A stretch of DNA of 63,898 nt. Origin: Nemertoderma westbladi. Its lineage: Eukaryota; Animalia; Xenacoelomorpha. Location of the stretch: the NCBI GenBank assembly GCA_032718475.1, contig JAUCBJ010000753.1:1-63898 (forward strand), written 5' to 3'. The notes under the pieces are model-generated. The model ran no database searches. It was not told the DNA's origin and saw nothing but the letters and a program-made list of their open reading frames with translations. Each line of letters starts with the position of its first letter. Within the stretch, counting starts at the first letter, position 1. Made by a program: the position numbers and the translations under genes. Of this stretch, positions 32,526-44,779 are shown piece by piece.

Positions 32526-34782
32526 ATGAAGATTTGGGAGCACCTTCTTACACAAGTCCAAATAAGACTATTTCTCTACCACATTAACAAGCGCGAAATT
32601 GCGCTAAGGTCCGCGTCTACTAATGCATGAAATGTCTCCTTGAATGGCTTAAATACCAATCTTACACCAAAAATTTATTCACCAAAATTGAGGATTTAAC
32701 TCGATACTTAGAGTTTCCAATTTTCACACTCTGCCAACTGAGCCACTGGGGCCGTATCAAGGCCTTACTTATACAAAACGCATTGATTATTATTATAATA
32801 ACATATAATATTATTATAACGCATTGCTTTGGCAGATAGCATGGCCGGAAACAGCACCGCCAATTTCGACAAAAGATGGGGTTGTAGCCTTTGAGCAAGC
32901 AAAGGATATACTTTCACAGTTTGGTTTCATGGACAGCAGCGTAGCGGCTGAGAAAATACGACAGCTTATTACATCCAGGTCCAAGAGTATCTTAACATCT
33001 AAGAAAATGGTTGACGGTATGTTTGACGTCAGTTACCTATTCGCATCAAGATCATTCGACATCAGTTTCGACATTTGACAAGATTGTGTGTCCGCTAAGC
33101 CTTTGGCGATTAATAAGATGAAACGTAACTATCATGTCGCCTTCGAAGCTCCAGAGTGTGAAAGGAAATCTAAACTATTCAAATTAGTAACCAACGACAC
33201 CGTTCAGGGGAAATCCCTAATTAGTTTCGTAGACAGCAATCTGGGTGACGAAGTGGAACTCTCCACTATTAAAACACTATTCGGCGTATCTACTCGTCTC
33301 TCTCACGGGAATGAGCATATCACCATCATACCTGAAAGAGACGTGAGTATGCCTCATTTACATTCCGGGTTGGGATTTAAGATCACTCTTTATGATACTG
33401 GTGGAGGAGACGAAATCATAACTGGGAAATATCGTCCCAGGAATATTGAAAACATAGTTTCCTATCGGTTAGTAAGGTCGGGTGGTATAACACTTGAAAG
33501 TCAAGAGATTAAGTCTCTAACAATTAACAAACGAGTTGAAAACTTATCCAAGTTTAATGTCTTTGATATGCTATTCGAACTATAGCCTACTTTTGCAGGG
33601 TGGTTGACTACCAGATACCTTCCAAATCGACCTACTTAAAGGGTGCAGTGCACAGATTGTACCTAAAGAACATGTCGAAGTTCTGTAATCATTATGGAGT
33701 ACTTACAGGGAACCCTGGGGTAAACAACAACTGTATAGTCAATGCTGCATGCACTATGGAAAAAATTTCCTTGAGTCACAACCTCCAAGTAGAGGATAAT
33801 GTTCCAACGTTTGAAATGTCAGTAGAGGATAATCTATCTTTAAAACGAAAGGTTGATGGCTGCACAATTTATGAGCCGAGTCCAAAATTACGAAGCAGTT
33901 TCAAAACTTACAGCTCTACAGACGTGTTTAGCGACCTCTCCGAAGAGGAGATTGTAACATTAAAGACAGTAGGAAGATGGCTGACAGGCGCAGACAGAAA
34001 CGGCAGGAGTTTAATTTTCGACTACTACCACAAGTCGGAATTAGAAGATAAGGACGCTAAACAGCATTATGGAATTAATAACTGGAGGATAATACGGTGG
34101 GTGAAGGAAGCTGCTAAAATCGTGGCTATTGATAATCCAAAAGGGTCCGAGAGTGGGATGAGGTGCTTCTGTACTGCAATACAACCTGATCCATTATGGC
34201 ATTATACAATGTTATTGGCCTCCATCCCCATTAGCAAGGAAGTCTACCAGAGATCGTTAGGCGAAATGGTTCATTTTGAACTGCCTATGTGGTATTATCT
34301 AAAGAAGCGTGCCTTTCGTATCGGACAACCAACACCTGTGTTTTTCATGCTAGGGACCAACTCCCTGCTTGTATGTGGCGAACTAATGCTACCGATTGCC
34401 AATAAACCATTCTTAAACAAATACGTCTTTGTACGCAACACGACTGAGGTCGGGATGTCAACGACAGCGTTTATGGATAAAAACCTCGATATAGGGATCG
34501 TAACAATAAAAGATAAAAACTACGTATTTTGTAGGAGACGACAAGATGAATATACAATTGAGGCCAATATTGCGGCGACTACGTATAGAGGGCAAGATTT
34601 AATATCTAATTTAATATTTAGTATTCAGGTTAGATGAGGAAGATGTCCCAGAGCCTGAAACAATGGCTGAAGTTATAGACAATAGAGTTTATCGGGAAAA
34701 TTCCAGTGTTGATTCAGACATGGATTCAAACTCTTCAGATGAAGATGGTCCGGACAGCGATTTCTCAGCTGCTTCTAGCTGA
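32526..34782 (+). pseudogene. PB2: Endogenous viral element: orthomyxo/Articulavirales-like PB2 (cap-binding polymerase subunit)
   Basis: Collinear resemblance to recalled influenza A PB2: IALRSASTNA(MK)~PALRMKWMMAMK; QNALLWQIAWPE~QDVIMEVVFPNE; STIKTLFGVSTRLS~DICKAAMGLRISSS; HRLYLKNMSKFCNHYG~LRHFQKDAKVLFQNWG; MSVEDNLSLKRKVDG~VSIDRFLRVRDQRG; GQPTPVFFMLGTNSLLVCG~GNSPVFNYNKTTKRLTVLG; YVFCRRRQD~VLVMKRKRD. Intronless, with several lesions. Confidence 0.75.
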
Positions 34783-34954
34783 ATGGACTAACGTGATAAA
34801 TTGTCTAAGTCCTCCCATTAACGGAGGTGTTCGGTAAATGATTATACCAAAACCAAAGTGGAAATTAAAAACATCACCAGCATCAATGGAGTGAATACTA
34901 GATGCGTCGCTATGCAGACCTAAAAATGGTAAAGTAATATATGAGTGAATGGTG

Positions 34955-35352
34955 CTAGAGCTGTGAGCGCAATATGGATGAAATCACATTCAATATAAAC
35001 AGCCAAGCTGAAACCAGTTGATCAGCAAATATAACTGATGGTATTAACTTACATTCTGGTACCTCAGATTTGTTCCATGGTTTATCTTCAAATGCAGCCT
35101 TATATATTATATTATATCCTATTATAGGACTTATAGCCAGAGGACGACCAGCCCCTAAATGTGACACACGGACCCCTTCCTGGAACTTATTGTTGCACCA
35201 TCTCTCGAGAGTGCTCTTTGTAATTTTAAATTGCACAGCTACTGACCTAGAAGTTTTACCTCTTTGTTATTCTCCTTGTAGTACTTTACAGTACTTCTTA
35301 TATCAGCTTCTGTAACCAATCGAACTTTCTTTTTTCTATAGATTCGAGGCAT
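34955..35352 (-). pseudogene. pogo/CENP-B-like transposase N-terminal HTH remnant
   Basis: MPRIYRKKK...QFKITKSTLERW...GAGRPLAISP; a pogo-like terminus (..cctggtttaccctata) lies at ~38360-38376. Confidence 0.45.
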
Positions 35353-35632
35353 CATTCAGCAATTAATTAGGCAATTAGGTCTGTAGGTTTAATTAATTTC
35401 ACACGTTTATAGTGGATATTGTACCCAGTGCAGTAGGCCTAAGCTAAACCAGTAAACTATTATCCGAAGTTAGAACTGTCAGACTAGATGCAAAGTCAGA
35501 AAGTCACGAAGTTTTTTTAAAAGATTACAGCCGTAATGGACATTAGACAGGGCAGTATGCAAATACTTATAAACTGTTGATAGCTAAGTAAAAACTAGGC
35601 ACTGAACCTATACCACTAAGACTATACTTGAC

Positions 35633-38288
35633 TGTTGTAGGGTACCGGCCTAATAAACCTACCTAGGCCTAATCAAGTAACTGAGTAGCTTATACTGTTA
35701 GAGAAGCTTAACTAAAAGAACAAACCTAAGGTTTAAACAATTGAAACTACCATTTATACAACAATTTAATATATCCAATAAAATCATAAACAATCGCACC
35801 AAAAAAATCAAGATCCCAAAAACTAGAAACAAATACGGACATTATTCATTTCTTATAGCATGCTCTAGAATATGGAATCGCAAAAACAACTTATTCCGTG
35901 ACTAAATATTTCAAAATAAATTTATATCGCAACTAAAAACACACTACATGAAACAATACGATAGATCAGCCGTTATGTAACGTCGTGTTCGTTGCTCAGT
36001 GTACGATTAGTTTATGTTGTTCAGATTTATAACAAGTTTATGTTTCTTTCACACTATTGGTATTGTAGGACATTTGAGTATAGTGGCGCTTATCATTAGG
36101 TAACTGAATTTAATAATTTCGATAATAATATATATATATATAACAGAACAATCCACCTATAATGGATTTTCCCTAACTGTAACCGAGTTATACAATTAGT
36201 GAGTCTAACCTTGTAGATAGCAGCTTCTGATGCATCTTTGTCACATTCTTTTTCCTCCATTAGTCCCCAGATGTCTTCGTCCATACTGTCTAACTTCTCA
36301 CTGTAACAGTTCAGGATTGTGATCTTTGAGAGCCTCTCCTCTCTAGTGAGCTGATCAATGTCGTCGGCGTCGTGAATAGTGATCGTCACTGCCGATCTTT
36401 TCCCACCTCTCGAACGTATCAACCATTTGAGATAATCAGCCATGATTAGGAATGTTGTCACACAAATGTTTCCAATGTATCAAATTGACACAATTAATTG
36501 AAAGTGATACTGTGTTACTTTTAGAGTTTGATTGAGTTCATAATTGAATAAGGTACTCCCCCAAGTGGGAGTCCTTTTGAAATAATGTACAATTAAATTA
36601 AATTATTTTTATCGGGCACCATATAATGGATTTTCCCCAACTGGAAGTTCCAAAATAGAAAATTGTTTTTCTTTAATATAACAACGTAAACTCTATATTC
36701 AATATTGTGACAGTGAACTTTACAAAATGGTGCATTACACATTATTTTCTACTGAGTTCAAACAGATACATGATTTACAACTACAAAGGATACGGAATGT
36801 ATATTTACTTAGACACTAATCTAGCAATTTATTATAACCAACTGGATTGGCCCCAAACAAACGTATATTGGATGTGGGATATATTATTGATAGATAAATG
36901 TAGTCTCTAACTAAGTTTAACGGACTCTAATTAATTATATAAATTTATACATGACACCACCATAGGTTAAATGCTCTAGTATGAATAGTGTGCCTTGAAA
37001 TAATATGAGTGGAACAATATTTTTCTCGCGAATACAATATGTGATTTGTGTGTGTAGATCAGATTATGGACGTGAGTGAGTGAGTAGACTTCCCCTTCAA
37101 TAATATGATTCTAATATTTTTTTTTGTGTGTGTGTGTGCGTTTTGCTTCTTTGCTTGCGATGTATGACTAGGCCTGGTCTTAAATATTGATTTCCAGGTA
37201 AATGTTTATTTATATTGCAATATGGTATGTATGTACAGTAGATATACCGGCCATTTTACGAATTGGTTAAAACAATTTTTGCCCGTCAACTTTGGCATCT
37301 TTTTATTATCAGTTGTTATGTATAGTGCAATATACATGTTAACTGCCTTCAATCAGCATGCTGGTTAAAGTTTTAAAGGCTAATAAATATATATTGATTG
37401 ATTGATTGATTGATTGAGGTATGATATGGACGTGGTGTCCTGCGTGCTCTGCAGACATCCTTTACACGTTCGTGGGGCCTTCGCGCAGCACAAGAGTCTA
37501 AATTAGAAAGTACATTATACTAATCTCCATTAGATATACGAAAACTGTCTTTCCTAAAATATATATGAGTGAAGGCGGTGCTATCAGTTTGTGATAAACT
37601 AGTTGTAAAAGTAGAGATCCATTTCAGTTTCCCCTTACACACTTTAACTGTCATTTGTAAACCTTCTAACTAGGGCTATTTAAGTTAAGAATGACATTTT
37701 TAGTTTTACAATACTCTTCTCCTTCATTAGCCTCGTTGTGCTCATCCTGTTTTTGTCTTAAAATAGTTTCCCTAAACGGAGACTAACGACCTTTATAACT
37801 GTGCAAAGTCTCGAAACTGTGAGAGTAACTGCTGATTTATGGCAGATGGATACTCGTATCCACTGTAAACTCGTTAAGTTCGTTCATTTTTGACCAAACT
37901 TGAGATTCTTTCTAAACTTTTTCCGGACTACATACATACCAAGTTTTGTTTAATTTCATCAAGGAATAACCAAGTTATTAGCGATCAAAAATTTACGACG
38001 ACGACGACAGACAACTTGTTAATGGTGGTACCCATATGCTAAGGCTTCGCTCACTTGTGGCTCGCCCCACAGAGCAAGTGGACCATTGGTATAACTCAAT
38101 GGTAGGATTTATAAGCCTGGTACATTTCAATATTTGATCAAATATTGATCAAAGTTTGATCAATGTTTGATCAAAGGAATGCTTTTTGAGAGCGGGACTG
38201 TATAGACCGAGTACATGATACAACTAAATTCTGAAACTTCGTACCAGTTGTAACAAGGGTGTACGATATTAAACTAAATATTTTTTAA
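35633..38288 (-). repeat. Arm C (right); inverted copy of 16566..18460 with two extra insertions
   Basis: Reverse-complement identity; insertions at ~35983-36140 and 36158-36956. Confidence 0.95.
36158..36956 (-). mobile_element. Internally deleted LTR retrotransposon (BEL/Pao-like): 5' LTR 36622..36956, PBS, gag start, fused to the end of the 3' LTR
   Basis: 5-bp TSD CCACC at 36153-57 and 36957-61; LTR starts TGTCA; PBS TGGTGCCCGA at 36612-21; LTR end gggaaaatccattata repeated; gag-like RSRGGKRSAVT..LDSMDEDI. Confidence 0.8.
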
Positions 38289-39657
38289 CATTTTTTTGCT
38301 AAAAATTATGTCCCAAATTTTACCCCTTCCTTGTCCCGATTTCCCCATGTCCCCAATTATCCTGGTTTACCCTATACTCTTATTGCGATACATTGAATTA
38401 ACATCTTATACAAAGGTTTTGTAGACAGATACTAGAAGAATTCATTCATCTTCCAGTTCAGTTGAATAACTTTTTGTATTAGGTGTCACAAGTGCAAAAC
38501 GAACGTTTGGTCGCTTGTTTAATTTAGCAAAGAGGTGAGTCTAATCAAGTGTTACATACCAGTACCATACAGGATCAAATTAGCAGTAGGCCTACTTTTT
38601 TTTATTAACTTATAGTCTAGGCAGATCAGGCCTAGCCTAGCCTTCTTTTAATTTAGCCTATTTGTTTGGAAACTGTTCAAAGTTATTAATTTGATTATTT
38701 AATAAACTGGTGGTAAAGTGGTAGGTCAAATAGGTTAATAATTACATTATTTGTAATACCGGTGTATATTACAGTAATTCATTACTGCATTGGGCCTGAT
38801 AACATTTTACAAATAATAATTGCATTATTTGTAATTTGGGAACCCGTTTCTTGCTTAAATGGTAGGCCTAATGCTATACTACAGTATAATAGGCCTACAG
38901 TAATATATATTTCGTACTGACTACTAGCAGACTATCTTTATATATTTTATAGTTAAGTTCATTTTGCATACCGATAATCCGTACCTGCCTTTACTTGTGA
39001 CACATAGGCCTAATTCATAAATATTTATCCCAGTAAATCATGGGAGACGTAGATCACACCATATTGGGGGTGCCTTCTTAAGTTTCGTTTCTGGATTTGT
39101 CTGATGGGTAAGTTTATTTAGCTTTATTACATTTTGTTTCATATGAGAATGGGAAACGTTGTTGGGTAGTATCACAAATTATATTTCATACTGTATATAT
39201 CTCTATAAAATTATGAATGTCTGTTTGTTTGCCACCTAAAGGGTTTCAAGCGGGAAAAGTTAATAATAATCTGTAACTGCATTTGTTTGTGTAATCCTGG
39301 GAGTAATCTGGTCGAAAAATTTTTCATTTCCTCAACTTTTAGCAAACGCAGAAATCTGATTGGATATTAAGCCCAATCTCTAATACTGAAGCCAATAATC
39401 CCTTGCTCTTGCTGGCTGTAAGAAGACTAGAAAGCCTGTGGACTTTCAGCCATGGACTTTCTAGTTACACCACAAGCTGGCACAAAGTTAAAAAATAAGT
39501 GTGTTTCAGTTGAATAAAAGTCACATGAACTCCCTCCCTTTGAGAATGTATTTCTGCTTAATGAGTTTACCCAGTGACAATAATAATAAGATGTACCAAA
39601 TCATTCTGAACAAAACAATTAATTTCAACCAATAAAAGTTGTAAATTACGCTCTAAT

Positions 39658-42600
39658 ACTAACTAACTATACTATAACTAACTAAATATTTTAGCAATAT
39701 AATTTGACAAAATATATAATCATACCAATTTGCCAATGTATATTGTGCCTATTTTTTGGCATGATCTTGGCAGTCTGCATATTTTTTTAGTAGTTTGACA
39801 AATCATTTTTAGATATGAATTATAAAAAATGAAACCCCCATTCTGCCAGCACTATAAGGTATTTCATCTTAACTCCTTCCCCCACAGCTGTCAATGAAGT
39901 AGCCCCTGCCCTGTCAATGAACGAGATTCTTCTTGATTGTCCGATACAGTTTATCCTTATACTTAAAACGTTTCTGATGCCATTCTATAGGTCATACGCC
40001 CATTGGTGATTTCCTCACTGTTTAATAACATAAGGGGGCTATTTCCACAGGTTTGTCTGTATAGCTAGGATCATTCTTTATAAACTTATACCACAATGCA
40101 GGGCAATCTATATGCTGAGATGTGGGTTCTTCGTATGAAGTATAGTAATGGTGCACTGCCTTGATCTCTTTAATAATTGTATCCGTGAATTCATGATTCT
40201 GAGTAAATCAAGTTTAAAGTTCGGAGTTTAAAAAAAATGACCAAGAGTAAAATGTAACATATATAATGCGATTTCTCAAGATTCAAGAGGTATTAGGTGA
40301 TATAAATGATGACTATGATGACTGAGGGAGATGTTGATAAAGGATGGTTCAACATTATTAACTAGAATTGACCAGCCCCATATTCATTATCGTCTTCTTC
40401 ATTGACTCGCTCCTTCCTTTTGTTGCCTCCTTTTGCCGAAGATTCTATCTTAAATAATTCACTATTGGCTTTGTCTACTCGAATTCTATCAAGATAAGAG
40501 AGACCATTCATTGAACAATTCCCATATTCATGAGAACATGACCTCTCGAAGATTTTCCATCATTGAAGCAGGATACAGCATGAGAGTCATTTTGAATAAC
40601 ATTTATGCTAAAAAAAATTATTGTATTGTAGTAGGCCCTACGTATATGTATGGCCATAGTGAATATTGCATATTACGTACTACTTGTGTTGTTTTGAAAT
40701 TGATTAATAGTATGCCCATCAACAAAACTGCGTTTTTATTCTTGCATTTGTTGAGTGATACTGGAGTCCCAATCATCACATTTGTTGCATTTGTTGAGTG
40801 ATACTAGCTAGAGCTCAGCATTTGTTAGGAAAGCGAATGGACTGATTTATAGGAATAAAGAGCTTGACCATAGTTAAATCCAAATATCTATAGTTCGAAA
40901 GTTGGGGCAGAGAAACATCATCTTCATCACATTTGTCTGCTGATTCCACATCATTCACTGTCATAATGATGATTGGAGTAGTACACGAAGCATGTGTAAA
41001 TTTTAGCACTGACATTAGAAACCCCTACATTTCCCAAAGAGGAATCGATAGAGATGACTCACCCCACAATATCTAAGGCCATGAAATGCCATGGAATGCA
41101 CCCTGTATTTCCTTTGGCAATGTGGTTGATTCTAATTGAAAGAGCTCAGTGGCAAATGGCATTGTTTAACCCTATTAAATCCGGGGGGGGGGGGGTCAAT
41201 ATGACCCCCGTGGTTTTTTTGTTATAACAAATGCAGTTGGAGAATGTGAAATTTTATGACTTTTCCTAAAAATTTATCACCTTCCTAATAGTGAAAACGG
41301 TTTTTAGAAATATTGAGAAGTTGAGAAGGAGATTTTCGAGTTATAGTACCATTTTTAACCCTACTTTTGGCACTTTTTTGAAAATTACATTTCACGAAAT
41401 GTGATTTGTATCATCTCTTCTACTTTTGATTTCATGATGTTGATATCAAACTAGTTGGGAACTAGGGGTCTATCTCACTCTAACTAAATATAAAAAATGT
41501 AATATATGTCACCAATCGATTTCTGCCCTAGTGCCTTCTTCAACGAATTAATGAATTAAAGTAAATGTAAAAACAGAAAATCACAACAGATTTGCATGGT
41601 ACGCGTACCCGTACAGTAGTAACGCGGGAAAAAATATGGTAATTGAATGCGGATGACGTACATTATGAAATCTCAAAAACAATTGGAATGTTGTAGATGG
41701 AATCACGTACAGTAGTGTAGAATACAAAGCAATATCGGTCATGATATGCAACAAAATATAAATGAAAATAATTAGATGATCACCTCCTTTATGTATTGTA
41801 TATATTTGAACAAATATTTAACAGTATGAGGTGAAATACATACTTCAAAGTTTATGTGACATTCATACCGAAGTATTACATAGGCAGAGTATGGCACAAC
41901 CCACTGATTGTTGACAGATCAACCCTTAGGTTAACAGCCCCACCTGGTCGCCACCAATATTCTGGATAGAAGGTATTACCGTCCCACTTATCCTTTTTTA
42001 CAATACCTGCTTGATTGTTTGCACGCTGGCCTACATTTGTGCACCATAAGGTTTAGCACTAAATCTAGAAGCCAATGAGCCTGCTCTCTATTTCTCATGG
42101 ACCCTCAGAGAATTGTATTGGATCCAGAGGTAATTTGGTGCTGATTACGTTGTCGACTTGATCAGCCATAGTAAACCGGTCTTGAGAACAAAGTATTATG
42201 CGGAGGTGGGCATGCATTTATGTAACTCGAAAACGTGATATCCCATATTTCGCTAATAATACAGCAAAACTTCACCCTGAATACTTGGGACACAATATCT
42301 GGCCAGTCCTATGCGCATTGACCTGGGAGCAATAACTCCATCTCAGGCCAGTTTGGATTGCATGTTATAGTGATGAAGGCATCAGGCTTTTTGAACTGTC
42401 GGATTGGAGGAATTCCTCTAAATCTAATAGAAGCCTTCTTTTCGGCATCACAGCAATTCTATATCTGTCTGTATTATTACAATATTTCACAACTGTAGGC
42501 CTACAAATGTATTTTGTGTACCGGTAGGTACCTGTTTGCAATTCTGTGCACATGTATGCAGTTTCTTAACAGTATATATGAAATACAAAATATTTCCATT

Positions 42601-42887
42601 TTTAAATTTCTGGAGTCATACTGTTTTAGATCTCGGTCAAACAGATTTCTTGTAATTTTATAAATTTTATGAATTCTGTAATTAAACCGTTATATCTTTA
42701 AAACTATGAAAGATGGGTATTACATGGGGAAAAACATGTAGAGCATTTTGTTTTCACGATTCTCCCAACTCATTATAAACCTCACTTTTGATTACTAGTA
42801 AATTAAAATACCTCTAGATTAGTGAAAAAGGGTCGATTGTTCTCCTATGTAATAAAAAATATGTGATTATCATGGCATGGTAAGAAA
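39658..42887 (-). repeat. Arm B (right); includes the mirrored Helitron Rep remnant at ~41770..42410
   Basis: Reverse complement of 9998..13228. Confidence 0.95.
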
Positions 42888-44779
42888 ATTTTAGTAAATT
42901 TTTTTTACCGGATTCTGGATCAAAATTTAATGGTCATTATTTAGTTCTTGAATTATAGCCGACAATGCCCATCCACATTCATGTGGGTTAGTAACATGCA
43001 CACACTGATTGGTGGGTCCTATTTCCTCCCATCTATCACAGAGCCAGCCACCACATGTTGACGTCAACACACAGCGGCAGTCTAACATCAAATTTAAATT
43101 TGTTAATAGAAACTGTTGGAAACCTAATTTTCCTTCCAATGACAATTCCCCCAAATGGGAGGAATCCTGGCCATGGCATGGGTGTGGCACTGTGGCAGCC
43201 CAAAAGGGAGGAATCCTAGCCATGGTATGGGTGGAGTGGGTAAAATGTTAGGACCATGCTAGAAACTCATCAATAAGATGTTCCTTTATTGCTTCTACAG
43301 AATACAGATCTGATACTGAAATCTTTAAACTTGAGAAGACTCCCGACTCCCTTGAATTATCAGTAAAGATAACAAAACATCTCATCTCGCCTCCACTAAA
43401 TAACCCATAACGAATATACAATCGTATATTGGCTCCTCCAGTATTCTTTTAGCTCCAGCTACTTAAACTGTTTTAGAGTACCCTTAGTAGCAGCTATATT
43501 TATCCAACATAGTTGATGGCCTTGTGACATGTTGCAAACAGACTCTTTCCTTCAGGAGAGATTCCATATCTGTTGAGTTATCCTGTAATTCAGCTAGTGT
43601 GATTACTTCAATCTGCGCCATCTAAAAATATTTATGTTAAAATATATAATCTATATACAGGAATGCTGTTTACGAATGAAGTTGAATGATGTTTTACTGT
43701 TTAGTAAAATCATTGGATTTCAAAATTATACAGTAAAATTAATTAATGAAATTAATAAGGGGATTTATGTATAAGCAGTTATTATATTAATAATTTGCTG
43801 AAGACAGTTCGGCAATAAATGGGCAAATAAGACATGAAGGAGTGGTACCTGGTAGTGCGATGGAGGCAGTGTGGTGGCATGTACATTATAAAGCTATAAA
43901 GCTGCTTAGTTATAGTCTGGTTATAAAGCATGGAATGGGGTCGGTGTTTCGTATATATAAGATTGTGAAACCCATGAGACGGTTGATATGTTTTTATTTG
44001 ACAACTTCATTATAATATTTGTGTTCAAATATTTGTCTAAAAAAGTAACCGGGCGGTTAAATATGAAATGGTGATATCAACTGTAATAAGAAAAAAATAA
44101 AACATGAGCTGTAATAATCTGTGCTAGCAATTACAGTTGGATCAAATTAATAAATAAGAAAAAAATAGGCCCTATCTATACATATTATATAAGAAAATAT
44201 GAAAAATTAATTTAATCAATAAAATTAATAATTGTATTAATATCCATTTTCAATTAATATATTTAAATAATATTCCTTGTAAACATCTTCATCCTCGTAT
44301 TTTTCATGAAACTTTACTAGAACAAGCTTTCTTAGGCAGGTGATACTCACAGCATCTTCCCATTGGATATATCCTAGTAACTCACCTAATACTGCCACCT
44401 GATTGGTTAATCTAGAATTACCTTCCACTATAAAAGCAGGAACAATTGAGAAATTTGTAACTTTTTTATAAGTTTTTAAGTTGTCTCTTAATTTTGCTTT
44501 CTGTAATTTTTGTGCAGCTACTGCACACTCATAATTTTACTAAATTTATAAACCAGCTATATTTAACCAAAACAGTTCTTTTAAGAGCTAACGTTCTGCA
44601 TTGCAATACCAATATTTTACTTAAAATTATAGATTTATCATACCTTTGTAAACAACTATTACTCAATCGTATTGGTCAAACACGAACTATTGCTCAATCG
44701 GTGTACTAAGTAATACGGAAGAAGCCAGTCATAAATTATCGTACACGAGACATAAAGTAAAATTAATTAAAGAACTATC

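Noticed and set aside
32436-34950. Conserved influenza-type segment termini (AGCRAAAGCAGG / CCTTGTTTCTACT) flanking the EVE
   Set aside because: Not found by eye; termini are lost or too divergent
42927-43251. Overlapping ORFs with a short ~25-bp direct repeat
   Set aside because: No recognisable motif; too short to support a call
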